From Lama glama (lineage: Eukaryota), in the NCBI GenBank assembly GCA_028534125.1, contig CM052850.1, positions 26,164,001-26,228,000 of the forward strand: DNA of 64,000 bases, in the 5' to 3' direction. A program made the translations under genes and the position numbers. Shown here piece after piece: positions 20,743 to 34,078 of this stretch. The notes under the pieces were generated by a model. It did no database searches, was not told where the DNA came from, and worked only from the letters and a program-made list of their open reading frames with translations. The stretch's first letter is position 1. Each line of letters opens with the position of its first letter.

Positions 20743-23359
20743 CTGTAAGCAAAATAAGAAAAACACTGTGAGGAGGGAGGCTGGGCGGGGACTCTGCCCT
20801 GAGGGGCGTCTGCAGTCGGCCCTTCCCCTGCCTCTGGACAGCGGTTTTGGGGATCGGCACTGTCAGCACCTCGTGCCAGTCCATCCCCTTCTCTGGGGCC
20901 TCGGCTTCCTACTCTGTGAAATGGGCTGAATCAGGGGATCTCTTACATTTCTGGTGGGAACTTCTCAGGGGGTCTACAAGAATTTTGGTGTCTCATGGGC
21001 ATGGGTGGGACACCCTGACTCTCAAAAGCTCTCTTTCTGGAAGGTGCCTGGTAACCTCATTCGACACCATCCTCAGGGACCCGGAGCCCAGGGCGACGGG
21101 CTGAAAGTCTCCACTGACAGACGAGAAGCCCAGGACAGTGCTGCTGTGAAGGGAGGGACACCAAAACAGAAAGGGAGAGGTGATCTGTCTGAGATGGAGC
21201 AAGGGGGCAGAAACCGTAGGGAGACACTGGACCTCCCGTCCACAGTGGGTGGTCAAGGGCAGGGTGGGGCGCTCGCCCTTGGAAGGTCCTCCCAGTTGCA
21301 AAGCAGCTCCTTACACCCCTTTGCAGAGTTCTCTGAGGCCCCCACCCCTCCCTGGCCACAGCACAGCTTCAACTCCAAAATGAATTTGTGCCCAAGGCTG
21401 TCCCCAGGCCAGAAAAACCACAGCCCTCAGGCCGCGGTTCAAGGTCAGTCTCTGGCAGCAGGGCTAGCAGGCAGGCCGGGAAGCGGGACTCCGCAGGCGA
21501 GCACAGAGGCCCCGCCTGCTTGCATTGCCGCCAGCTAGGTGCTCGGATGGACGTGGTTAACCACCCTGCTTTCAGGGAATTCCGTAGGTTAGGGAGCAAA
21601 TCCGAGGCCACCGTGGAGGCGGCCTTACCCACAGACAAAAGCCCCAGCAGTCAGGGGCAACTGAGGCATCCGCTTAGAAAAGACCCGCTTCTAACCTCCA
21701 TGCTCTGAATGGAGGCTGGGCCGACCCCACAAGTGTGAGCCTGTGGTGGGGGGAGTTGCGTGTGGGGACGGGAAGAGGGGAACCGAGCAACACACAGGCC
21801 TGCTGCCCACATCTGCTCACTGTCCTCATGAAAGCATGCCGGGCGGCGTTAGCCGCCCGTGACCTGGAACATCTGGTTCCCAGACCAGTGCTTTCGGGAT
21901 CACGGGCTCCTGGAACACGGAGGTGCCTGTCAGGGTTGGGGACCCGGCTCAGAGCCCTCGGCCAGCCGCTCAGATGGCTTGCTGGACTCTCCTGCTTGGA
22001 ACCGGACCGCAGTGCAGGGGTCGTCATCCTGAGGGGGGGCACCCGTGGCCTTGCTTCTTGGGAGCTGCTACTGCCCCATCACGGAACACCCCTCTTCTCG
22101 CCTGGGCTGAGCAGACGCTGGTGAAGGTAAACCAGGCCCAGCCTCCCCTCTACTTGCGAGGGGAGACTTAGCCCGTGGATCAGCCTGAGATGAGGACTGA
22201 CTTCTCAGAAAGGGGAGTAGTGACCGGCTGGCTGCAGGTGCCAGGCGGAAGCGGTGTGAGACAGAGCCCAGCCCCTTGGCCCCTTCCCTGCAGCCAGTGC
22301 AGGCTGACCCGGGACGCGTGGAGGACAGGGCCGGGCCCAGTCCGGTCTCAGTCACACATGGGGGCGCTGGCTCAGCCCCTCCCCAGGGGGAGAGGAGCTG
22401 GAAACTTCTGCTCCAGGCAACACTCAGGGAAGGGTGTTGGGCTATTAGGCTCTGACTGTGTGCAGGGACCCCCTGCCTTCCGGTGGCCACACCTGGGAGC
22501 AAGTGGTGTCACCCCATTTACCAGACCATGGAGTGGTCAGAGCCTGGCTCAGAGCCAACAGCGTACGCCCAGGGGCCCAGCCTGGCCTTGAACAATGGGC
22601 CGCCTGACCCCTTTCTCCAGACAGAGCTGCCACCTGGCCTCTCACAGCAGGACCAGTGCCCTGCACACTCAGGAGTTAAGGGGGCCAGGCCAGGCCCTGC
22701 AGTCCACCTTGGGCTCTGGGCAGAGCTGGTGGACCCCGGGTGGGCAGGGTGGAGCCCAAGGGACCTGGGGGGGGCCAGGAGCCACCAGGCCGAGAATTTG
22801 GGGCTCCTCCCCCAGAGAGGGGCTTCATTTGAGTTTCAAAGCCTGGGGAAGGGTCCCCAGCGTGGGGCTTTCTGGCCTCTGAACCAGGGGGTGTGGGAGG
22901 CATGTGAGATGCCTGCTAAGCCCCTGGGCTTGGGGGCAGGGAACACCATCCCCCACACCAGCCCAAGCTGGGGGTCTCCTTCCCAACTGCTCAGGACCCA
23001 AAGTCACTGAGACACCAACTTCTCTGACTCAAAGGAACAGAGCTCCAGAGGTGGCTGTGGACTCCGGAAGCCCGCCCAGACGCACTGTGTGCACCGCGAT
23101 GCTCCACCCAGGGCCCAGGCTCAGTGAGACACCACCTGAGGCTCTGGCTGCTCACCAGGTCACCAGCAGCCGCGGCTCCGCTGATCCCGTTCCTAGCCAA
23201 CCCTCACACCACTGAGGCCTGGCCGTGGAGCTCCTCCAAGGCCAGAGCTGCCTCTGACTGGCCCTCCAGGGAACTCAGGCCCAACAGAATTCACCTGTCT
23301 GCTGCATGGCTGTGGGGAAGTCCTGTCCCTCTCTGAGCTCCAGTCTGACTGTTAACCTT

Positions 23360-23550
23360 GACGGAATGCTTACCGTGTGCCCACCGCACTAACTCATCGT
23401 CCTCACAGAAGCTCCGTGAGGCAGGGGCCACGACCAGCCCGACTTTACAGACGAGGAACTCCAGGCCCAGAGAAGTTAAGAAATTTGCCCAGAACCACAC
23501 AGCTACCAAGCAGCCAAGCTGGGGATTGAAGCTCAAAGCGTGGGCCCTGA
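23360..23550 (-). mobile_element. MIR
   Basis: gactttacagacgaggaactccaggcccagagaagttaagaaatttgcccagaaccacacagct core. Confidence 0.7.
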
Positions 23551-23730
23551 CCCATGATGAGAGCCTCCTTCTCAGAGGCCAGCGGGGGCACTTACGGGTT
23601 CAGGGTGGAGGGGCCGCGGTGCTGGCTGGCTCCGTTCACCATCACAACGAGGTTCGGACCTCGAACCGCCCCAGGGACCCCAGAAGTGCCCCTCCCCCTG
23701 CCCCTCTCGCCCAGCCCTGGGGCTACTCAC

Positions 23731-23877
23731 TTGTGTGGGGTGTGAGGGAGGGGTGTCGCGTGGCCCCCTGGGATGTGGCGGGCGACGGGGGCGGCATGCT
23801 GGGGGGCGTGGCCCGGGCCTGCGGCTTCACCTCGGCTGGGGAGTCAGGCATCCCTGCGGCCTTCTCCTTCCTGTCCG
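23731..23877 (-). CDS. CBFA2T3: CBFA2T3 exon 2 (contains MTG16b-type start ATG at 23851; ..[48 protein letters not shown])
   Basis: Translation matches the MTG16 N-terminus MPDSPAEVK. Donor A|GTGAGT at 23731/23730. The only AG near the expected start is CCACAG|CG at 23878/23877, which gives 147 nt, phase 1-1. Confidence 0.9.
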
Positions 23878-24204
23878 CTGTGGGTGCAACCCCGGTGCGG
23901 GGAGGGGAGAGAGAAAGCGCAGTAAGGCAGGCCCAGGGGCATGCAGCCCGCTGCCAGCCCCACCTGGCTCCCGGCTCCGGGGGCCCAGGTGGCTCCTGGG
24001 TCTGCCCACAGAGGGCGAGCTTGGGTCAGCCATTTCAGGAGGGCTGGAGGGTGCAGCTTCAAGAACTCTGGGGGTCGGAACAGGCCTGGGGGCCTCACTG
24101 TGGAGGTGGCACTGGGGCAGCTTGGGCCCCCCCTCCTGCAGACCAGGGAGTTGGGCGGCAGTGGCTCCCACGCTGCCGCGGCCTCCCCTGGAGGGTGTGC
24201 GCAG

Positions 24205-24520
24205 ACAGATGCAGCCTCCCGGCCCCTAGTTCTGATTCAGCAGGTCTGGGGTCGGCCCGACACCCTGCATTTCTGTTTCATCAGGGGTACCTACTCGGAG
24301 AAACCGTAGGCCCTGTGAGCCCCCAGATGCTAAAAGGCTCATCTGGGGGTCTTCCCAGGAGAGACTGGGAAGCAGACCCTTTGGGGGCGGCAGGAGTCTG
24401 TATTTTCAGCATCTCCTGGCCCAGGTGACTCCTGGGTCCAACAGACCAAACACACAGTCGATTTCTGTGTTGCCTAGGACGGCCTGACTGCCCAAAGTGT
24501 GGTCCGCAGACCAGCGGGTC
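24205..24520. mobile_element. MER5-family fragments
   Basis: ttctgattcagcaggtctggggtcggccc..ctgcatttct, gagtctgtattttcagcatctcc..ccaggtgactcctg, cccaaagtgtggtccgcagaccagc. Confidence 0.55.
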
Positions 24521-27500
24521 CGGCCTCAGGTACTGCGTCAAGATTCCCACCTGGTCTGAGGCTCTGCTAAGGGTTGGGCGTGTGGAGAGACCCTCTGTGG
24601 GAATGACAAGAGGAGACCACGGCTTGGCAGGGCCCTGAGTCCCTGGGCCCCCAAAACAGACCCCAGAGAGAAGGCCTCAGGGTGAATCCGATGGGCCACA
24701 CGCGCCCTGAGGCTGCGGCTGCCCCGGATTCTTTGCAGGTGGACGGGGTGAGCCCCGCTGTCCTAACTCAGGGTCAGCCAGCGCCCGGGGCCGCCACCAA
24801 GACCTGGCAGCAGTGGCTGGGCTCTTGGTGGGCGTTCCCGCCTGTGACAAGCAGCCACGCTGCCGCAGCCACTGCCCTGAACATGTCCTGCGAACCCCGA
24901 TGGGGTCTCCCCAGGGGCAGGGGTGACGGGGCTGGGGCTCGGCACCTGTCAGCCGTCACTAGGATTGGAGTTCCTGTCACTCTGTTTCGCCCCATCCTTC
25001 CCCCCAGGGGTCCCCTGTGATCTGTGCAGACGTGGAGACGTGCGTCGGGGGAAGCCAGCCTCTGTGGATGTAACAACTCAAACACACGGCGTTCCCGTTA
25101 TCCACGCCCCAGACCCTGCAAACCTCTCCTCATCACCCCACCTCCTCCTTTACAGAGAGGAGACATCCGTCACCCAGCAGCTCTGGGCGGTGGCCCTGAC
25201 AGCGCCCCCGCACGCCAGGGCCCCGAGGGTGCGAGTGGAGAATCCCACTCCCCACTGCACCCCACGGAGGGGGAAGCAGCCGGTGATCAGGAGCCACCCG
25301 GCCGAGCAGCACCTGCTGTCCACTCAGCTGCAGCCGCTGGCCTCCCTCCGGCTGGGCGCCCTGCCCCCCCGCCCGCCTGTCAGGAGGCTGACGGCCGGGC
25401 ACATATGCGCTGCAGCTGTGGGGCCCGTCAACACCATGCCCGGCGGCAGGGCCAGCGGCCAGTCCCCAGTGACAACCAAAGAAGGCAAACGTGGCCAGTA
25501 CCGTGGGTCCCGGGCCACCCTCTGGGGCACAGCCCCGGCCAGGTCAGTCCTTCATCTGACCAGGCCGCCCTGGGGCAGGCCTGGGAGGCGCTCAGCATGC
25601 CAGGCTGGGACGCTGGGGACACGGGGCCTGTTCTGACTTCCCAAGAGCATCAGGGAAGGGACTAACCAGAAAAACAGATGGAGAGAAACCTGGCTGAGGG
25701 CAAGGAGGGAGCCCGCGAGGGCCGCCGCGCTGGCGCCCCTCACAGTGCTCCTTTAATGAGGACGGCACCACCCAGGGAGGGGTGGGGAGCAGGCCCTGCG
25801 CAGAGTCTCCGCCCCCGCCACGCCCCGTGGAGGCCGGAGGAGACGCACGCGCAGGCACGCTAGGCGGATGGCAGACGGGCATCGCTCGTGTCACTCCTGT
25901 GCAACCTCGGGGGAGGGCGCTGCTGCCAGCCCCATTCCACAGGCACAGAGAGGTGCAGTAATCACCCAAGGGCGCACAGCAAGCTTGGGTGCATCCCCAC
26001 AGGGCCTAGAGGGCCTGCAGGGCTTCAAGGCCTGGTTGTCATTCACTTGAACTCTCCCTGCAGAAGAGGCAACAGTTCTGGGATTCAAACCCAGGTGAAT
26101 GGAGGCTGAGGGTGCGGGAAGCACCCTGCTGCTCTACCAGGCCCCACCCCTCGCCCTGGGTCCCGGGTCCCAGTGTTGCGCACAGTAGGACTGCAGATAC
26201 ACGAGCCCTCACGAGTCTTTCTGGAATCTTGTTTTCAGTCTGGCTCTGTTGCCTCCTGACTGTGTGACCTAGAGCAAGTCACCTCACCTCTCTGAGCTTT
26301 TACGACTGTGTAATAGGCGTCAGCAAGCACTCTGAGATTCGGGAAAGGTTTATGGAGCAATTCATGTCAGGACCCCACTCCTGAGGCCACCCTTGGCACA
26401 GACCCCACCCCAGAAAGCAGCAGTGACGGAAGCCCTTGGGAAAGAGCACAGCTGGTGTGGAGATGGTGAGGAACAGCACTGTGGTCAAGGAACAGAGAGT
26501 TCAAAGGCTGGAGGGAAATTGTGCAGGGCTTCTAGTTGTGCAGGGGAATCAAGGAGGTGGGCGGGCCAGGCTGGGAGGGCAGGCTCACTGTGCGGGCAGT
26601 AGGGAGCCACTGAAGGCTCTGCCCAGCAGCCAAGGACATCGTCCCACCTGCCTGACACCCTCCAGCAGCTTCCACTGCACCGGGGGCTTCATCAGCTCCT
26701 ACCTGGCCCAGGCCCCTCCCCCTATACCCAGAGTGCCAGGCTCCGAGCCCGGGCACCCCGGACCCCTCCTCCTTCCGTCTCAGGGGTTCAGCTCCAACCT
26801 CACATCCTTGGGAAAGGGGCCCTGACATGGGGGTCTCTTGCCCCACTACTTAGCTCCCCTGGAACATGACCCGCCTGGGATGACCTCACTCCTCAGCCCA
26901 CCTGACACGGGGTCTCTGGCTGCGCCGGCACCTCTGTGTGTCGGACACAAGAGCAGGACACGAGAATGAGGACCCACCAGCAGCCCTCCCGGAGGAGGGA
27001 GCTGAGAGTACTTCTCGAGGTCTCCCTGCTCAGGGGCTGGAGGTGCAAGACGGGGGCTCTGGCTGTTCCGGCTCTAGGATGGGGGCTGCTGGAGGCTGTG
27101 GATGCACCACAGCTGCCCTCCTCGGGGCCGGCCAAGCGAGGGCACAGGCTCAGAGAGAGCTGGAGTCCCTCCCTCCTGGATGCGCGGCTGCCTCTGAGCC
27201 AGATCCCTCCTCTCTAAAGCAGGTACACCTGTCGCCCACCTCCCGGGGGACAGCCTGGGTCCAAGGAGAAGGTTCTTAGTGGAAGCCCAGCCCCTGCACC
27301 CGCATGCCGTCCACGGTGGCAGCTGTTAATTATCATTATCGATTCCTGCCCCCCCAGCCCCTGCCCCCTACGCCTCAACCCCCTACCCACCCCCGCTCCT
27401 CCAGGCTGTGCGTGTCGCCCTGCCGGCCTGCAAGGCCCGAGGGCAGACAGCTGAGAAGCTGCCAGACGGGCAGCCTTGCTCTAACTGGCCGTGGGCGTCC

Positions 27501-30500
27501 TCCCCAACCCCTCCCAAGGCCCTGCACCAGCCAAGGGCCGCTCCCACCGCGAGGCTCGGACCCCTGACAGCTCCTGCGTGACCCCAGTGCCTGGCTGGCA
27601 GCCAGCATAGGGCTGTCCAGGCAGGACCCTGTGCCCATCAGCCAGTGTGGGCAGGAGCTGGCTGGGGGTGGGGGCCTGGGGAGGGGCTGAGTGCTGGGAG
27701 CCAAGGCTGCTGAGGGTGTCAGCGTGGGTCAGCTCAGCTGGCCCGGCGTCCTGGTAAGGTCTAGACTCCACCCAGCCCCGCAAAGGAAGCTCTTCCCCTC
27801 CCCCCATTCTCGCCCCCCACCAGCTCAGCATCCACTCCCAGGTGTCCTCCGTCCCGGGGTGCCGGGCCCTGCTCGTCCACACAGCACCGTGCTGGACCCC
27901 GTGCCCTCCCCGGAAAGTGCTTTTAGGCCCCCTGTGGTGTCAGGCTACCTGGGAGAGGCCCTGACCCCGTCCACTGGGCCCTGAGCTCGACCAGTCCCGT
28001 CGCACCCGCCCGGGGACTGTTTCCTCCACTCCTGATTCTCGGGTCACTTGGGGCCCTCAGCCCCACAAGGCCTTCCACCCGAAGTCGAGGTCCCCCTGCA
28101 TAAGCCCCCCTTTAGGATTCGGCAGGACTATTGCGGGGCCCAGGCAGCTGGATGGGCATCTTAAGTTTTCAGTTAACTTTTTCTCGTGAGATTAACATAA
28201 GACAATACCAACTGTCCCCATGAGGGCGTAGCACGTGCCCCACACGGAGCAGCCCGCCCACCGCTCAGGACCCCGAGGACCGACTTTCACTAGGAGCTCC
28301 GTGTTCTTGCTTGAGGACTCCCTGCACCTGAGCAACAGCTCTAGGATGCAGGTCCTGCTCTTGCGCCCCTTTCGTAGACGACGATGCTGAGGCTCAGGGA
28401 GGGCGAGAGGCTTGCTCAGGGCCCAAGAGCCTGACGGGCAGCAGGGCCTGAGCCTGGGGCCTCTCCGTTGCTGCCTCAAGCCCCTGGGCCCTGAAAGCAC
28501 CTGGGCGATTAGAAAGTTCTGAAGCCAACAGGGGACACTATGTGGACCGACCAGAACACGGAGGGGTGACTGCCTGGGATGTATGGTTGGGGCGGGGCCG
28601 CTGCTCTGAGTCAGTGGGTGACGCAGGCGAGCGAGAGGACTGTCTTCACAACTCCACCAGCTGATTCCAGATCTGGGAGCTCCCGGCAGGAAGAGACGGG
28701 GCCCCTCACAGCACCCCTGCGCCTCTCCCAGCCTCGCTGGCAGCAAGGGACCCTGACTGCCGTGGGCACCCTGGTCCTCCCCAGACAGCAAGTGCGGGGC
28801 CTGCCCTGGAGAAGTGAGGCTCCGACCTGGCACGAGTGGACGCGACGCGGAAGCTGGTGAGGCTCTCCTGGGCCTGCCGCCGACTGGAGTCCCCTCAGCT
28901 CTCCTGGAGCCCCGCACACTGCCACGGCCAGAACAGCGGTGCCCCTGCTGGTGGCAGGCAGGGGACAGCTCCGGGGTGCCGGGCCCCTCACCGTGGTCCT
29001 GGCTCAGAGGCAGGCAGATGGGAGGCCAGGGGCCCAGTGGGCAACTCAAGACCCTCCCACAACCCTCGGAGGCAGATCCAGGCCGGACTTCCTTCCCAGC
29101 CGCTGTCGCAGCCCCGCCCACTGCCCCACACTCCCAGCCCTCCAGAACATTCCCAGACCCTGGCGCTCCCCAGGGCCCATGGGAGACCCTGCGTCTTTCC
29201 CAGACAGCGTATCCAGTTCCCAGCTAACTGTCACTAATCCATCGACAGAGGAAGCAGCTCTCCAGGGCCGGGTGGAGCCAGTGGGAAAGAACACGGAATG
29301 TGCTGGAACAAGCCACCCCATCCATCACTGTCCCTGTCCGCCTGTGTTCCCAGCCCGCCCTGGCTGGCTGAGAACTGGCCACAGCCCAGTGCTCCCAGCC
29401 CTGGGCTCTAGAACCCTCTGGTGGGAAGGGCCATCAGCACCAGCAAGCTCATGGCCCCATCTATCCCAACTGCCAAGGAACTAGCAGTCCCCGGCTGTGC
29501 TCTTCTGTGGTCTCATTTCTGCATCAGCTCATTCGACCCGCACAAAGCGGCAGGAGTGGGAAGTGGGAAGGCGGGCCGGTACCGACAGGTAACCAAGCTC
29601 CAATGAGAGTCCTGACTGTGAGCCAGGCCTGGCCCTGAGCATGTCATCCGGGTCTTGGGTAAAAGCCTGGGAGGCAGGAAATCCAGGCACAGGGCCCCTG
29701 GCGCCATTCTCGCTAAGTGGTCTCGGGATGCGCCCCCGTGGAGCCCAGCCAGGCGCTGCTCCCAGGGCCTGGCTGTCCCAGGGCGGACACTGCGCCCTAG
29801 ACCCTGTTCCTGTGCTGACCCACAGGCAGGCAGGGGTTCCTGAGGCCCACGGGAGGCTCGGTGGGGGGCCCTCACCCCGAGGAAAAGCCCCGTGCCTCAG
29901 TCCCTCCCTGGGGACAGGTGGGCCCTGGGCACACCGCCCCAGCCTCAGCCTCCAAGCCTGTCACCGGGGTAAGGAGAGGGCGCCGTGGGCCCTGTCTCTG
30001 AGTCCCAGCTCCTGCACTGGGCCTCCCTGCCAAGGTGGACCATATGCTGGATTTTCTCAGAGCCAGAGGGCAAACCAGCCCCCAAGACGTATTTCCTAAG
30101 GCCGGTACCACGTTACCAGGTGTCTCCTGTGCCCTCGGCCCACATCCTGAGCACACCCACAGGGTCCCCTGCAACCCGCCCGCCTCTCTCTACCCTCACC
30201 TCCCACACTCTCCACCACATCTTCGCCCAAATGCAACTCTTTCTTAGGAAACTGAGTGCCCAGAACAGTGCCAGGCACATAGCAGGAGTTCTGCAGACAT
30301 GTGTGGGACCATGGCCAAGAGGATGGGAGATCACGGTTCATTGGCAGCAGGGCGGTGACAGCTCCCCCACCCCACAAGCTCCCTTTCAGCGGAGGCGAGT
30401 CCTGACCCCATGCCGGTCAGCCCAGTGCAGTCGGCCAGGGACTGGAGGGGAACCTCCCTGGGCCAGGCGTCCTTGGGGAGGCCTGGGGCAGGGCAGCGGC

Positions 30501-32544
30501 TGGCTGGTGTGCCCCGAGCGAGGGTGCACAGTTGCCTGTCCCCCGGCGCCCCCACCCCACTCAGGCTAGACTCTTCTGGAGGAAGACGTCTGCCCACACA
30601 GGGGCTGATCTGCCTGAGGGAAGCAGCCCCTCCGTCCAGGCCCAGGCTGGTCACCCAGGGTCCTGAGCAGGTCCCGAGTCCACCTTTGTCCCACACCAGC
30701 GCTCCAGGAAGATGCTGCTATCACCCCACTTTACAGATGGGGACACCGAGGCCCAGTCACGGTGAGGGAGGTGCCCCTAGGATCCAGAGTCCACTGTGGT
30801 GCCCCACTTCCTTTCCTTGCAGGTCCAAACTCCAGGTGTGGCATTCGGGGCTCTGTGCAGTCTCACCCACGTCACCCATGCTGCCAGCACGGTCTCATCC
30901 CCATGTCCTCCAAGGCCCCGATGGCCCCGAGCACTGCCACCTTCCTGGACTTCTCCTCTGCGTGGCAAAGCCGTAGTCCAGCTGGGCATCACTGTCCACT
31001 GAGAAGATGAGGAAGTCCAGGGGTCGGAGGCCAGGGGAGCCATCCAAGACCCCGGCTCTGCCGGCTGTGGGCTGCAGAGTCCTGACTCCCACGCCGCTGT
31101 GTCCCGGCCAGGATTTCCTGCTTTCCTTCCTCCCACCTCTTCCCCTCCCTTCCTCTGTGCTCAGACCTCCTATTACAACAGCTCTATGAACCCCAAAGCC
31201 CCCTTCTAATTACAAATAGCCCCAAGCCCCCCATAAGCCCGACACCAAACTCATGGAGGAGACAGACAGCCGGTGTGCTTGGGGGGAACCAGTCTGGGCG
31301 GTACACGGTGATGTCGCACTGCTTCAGGGCAGCCCTCGTGCGCAAGACTGGCCAGAAGACGAACGGTGTGTCTGACGTGGACGCTGTGGAGGCCCTCAGC
31401 GTGTTGGAGTATGCCAACGCAGCGCGGCTGAGCACAGGGCACCGCCCCCCGAGCAGTGACATCTCACGGAGGTGGGAGGAAGGCCCCTTGTCCACGGAGC
31501 AGCCCTCCTGAGCGCAGGGCGTCCACTGAGCGGTGGATGCTGTTCTGCTCACATGGTCAGGCAGGCTTCTGGCTCTGTCACCGTCAGGCGGGAACTTGGA
31601 AGCCGTAAGATGCAGGCAAGTCCTTCCATCGGAGGCCTTGGTGCCTGCAGGCCAGCCCAGCCCCATCACTGGCCCCAAGCAGCCTGTGGTGACAGATTCA
31701 CCTCCTCTGAGGCCACTGACCATTGCGTACTGCCACCGTGTGTGGCCTGGGCAAGGTGGGCCAGGCCCGCACCAGTTCACAGAGGGGCGGGGAGCAGGGG
31801 AGACAGCTCTCACGCAGGGGCACCTAGCCTCCACAGCCCTGCTTAGTGCCCTCCCCTCCCTTTGAGTCTTCCCTCCTAGATCCTGCAGTCCAGTTAGAGC
31901 TCCCGGACTCCAGGGGATCTCGAGCAAGCTGGGCGATCTCCCCCACTGAGGGACAAGTTCCCGGGGCAGGAGAGGAGGGCATGAACTCTTCCAGAGCCTC
32001 CGGGTGGGTGTGTGTGGGACTGGGTGTGCACCCCAGGAAGCAGCTGCATCTCCGAAGGGCCAGTGACCCCCAATAAACAGGGCTTCCAGGTGGAGGGACC
32101 TGGGGGGGCTGCCGCCTTTCCAGGACAGGGTGGACCCCTGCCTCGCGATGGGCGGGTTTGACCAAGAGGCTGACCACTCCCCACCCCCCGCAGGCCAGTG
32201 TCAGGGGACAGCTTGTCTTTGATCCCCAGTGCTCCGCAATTGTCGGGGCGGGGGGCTAATGAGTCCCAGGCGCTGGAACTTGGGCCGCTTTCCACATCTG
32301 GTTTCACTCAAGGCCTCCGCCGCCCGATGAATCAGTGATCACACAAAAACACCAGGACGAGTATTCTCCCTCCCTCGGCCTGGGCGGCCCTCCCGCCCCC
32401 GCGGCTGCTCCAGCCACAACCGACCGTTGAATCCCCCCACCCGGCCTTCCCTGGTCCTAGGGTGGCCTTTCCCGCTGCACAGGGAGCCCGGGCGGCCTGC
32501 GGGCAACAAGGGCAGGTCTCCATAGCAACACTGCGGGGCCGGGA

Positions 32545-32650
32545 GCCTGGAGACCTGGGTTCCCAGCCTGCCCTGGGACGGTTACCCGTGAACCAGGGAA
32601 GTCATCCTAGCACGACTGAGCCTCGGTTTACCCATCAGTGAAATGGGCCT
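32545..32650 (+). mobile_element. MIR fragment
   Basis: gagacctgggttcccagcctg..ctgagcctcggtttacccatcagtgaaatggg. Confidence 0.55.
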
Positions 32651-33997
32651 GTGACGCCTGCTTCCCAGGTGGGGTGGTCTTAGACGAGGACCATGAGCAG
32701 AAAGGCCGCAATGGCTCCTGCGTCGGGAAGGTTCTGGCTGGCCTTCCTCCACCCCCCAGTCCTGGTCTCTCGGCTGGAATGTCAATGGCTTTTCTACCCG
32801 GGGCCTCAGTTTTCTCACCTGTAAGATGGGATGAGAACAGAGCTGCCGAACAGAGTCAGGGGGAGAGATGCACGGATGAGACATGTGCTCTTCCAGCGGC
32901 TCCTTCTAAAGCCCCTCGTGTCTGTGCACAGGGGAGGCCCCACTGAGGGCAGGGGGCACAGCTCTGGTTTTAAACGGGCTCCCTTCTGCTGAGAGCTGCT
33001 ATGTGTGGGCGCTGAGACCCCCTCATCCTGACAAAGCCATGAGGTTACAGATGGGGACACTGAGGCACACAGGCGCGTGCCGGTCACACGGCCACCACTC
33101 GGCAGATCCCACGCGTGTGCAGGCCTCTGGCCGACGTCCCTGCTGGTCCCAGGCAGGCTTCCACACTGTGGATGCTTAGAGCCCACCTGGGGTGGGCAGG
33201 TCCCCTCTGTCCAGGGGGCAGTCCACAATAGAACGTCCCACTGCCCGGGGAAGACCCCTCGCAGCCACAGGGAGGGCGCGGCAGTGGCCGGGCTGCCCGC
33301 CATCAGCAGCAGCAACAGCTCATGAATCCGTTTCCTTGACGGGGAGACCCTCCTGCTACCGAGATGCTGTGAAACTGGGCCAGACACCCTCTGACCAGAG
33401 CGCTCCTCCCGCCCAGGGGCCCCTCCAGGAGGGGTCCGTCCTCCCCTTCTGATCTGAATCCGTGGCCCCCAGGCGGACACTCGTGTCTGGCCGTGGGCCC
33501 TGCTCCCCAGGCGTCTACGAGGCTGCCTGCTCACCACTCGTGCTGCACCAGCTGACTGTGCTGTCTTTGGCGCACTCATCGGCTCCCGCGATCACGTTGT
33601 GTTGGTCCTGTGTTCACTGCCCGTCTCCCTGATGCCACGGCCTCGTCTCTCTGTGCACTGCCCACCCTAGGCCAGCGCCCGACACCTGGTGTCAGCATGG
33701 TGCTCCATGACCCAGCAGTGCCAACTGACCCAGGAGAAACCGTGGGGCCCACCTGCACTTGTGCCACCTGGATCCCGCTCATTTGTGGTGGACGGGGGGG
33801 GCCTCGGTGTCTTGGCAGGAGGGAGCCTGGGTGGGGACCTGGTGGGGACCCACCCCCTGCCTGGGGCCCAGCAGCCAGCTCCCCTGGGTGGACATGAGGA
33901 GCACATGTGCTCCTGGGTGTGCCTGAGGACCAAGAGCTGTTTTGAGCCTGTCCCACAGCAATACAGCTCGGTTATGGCAGCTTCAGTCTGCTTTCCA

Positions 33998-34078
33998 GGG
34001 TGGGTGGCAGAGCAGGTGCTCAGCACGCAGGAGGTCGTGGGTTCAGTCCCAAGTACTGCCATGTAAAAAAAATTAAAA
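33998..34078 (+). mobile_element. Diverged, 5'-degenerate copy of the same tRNA-derived SINE
   Basis: TGGCAGAGCAGGTGCTCAGCACGCAGGAGGTCGTGGGTTCAGTCCCAAGTACTGCCA plus A tail. Imperfect TSD AGTCTGCTTTCCA (33985-33997) / AGACTGCCTTCCA (34079-34091). Confidence 0.75.

Noticed and set aside
5401-23877. CBFA2T3 as a pseudogene because of unusual substitutions and the AC at the ancestral exon-2 acceptor
   Set aside because: All exons are open and in phase, the other splice sites are canonical, the MYND ligands are intact, and an in-frame alternative AG exists.
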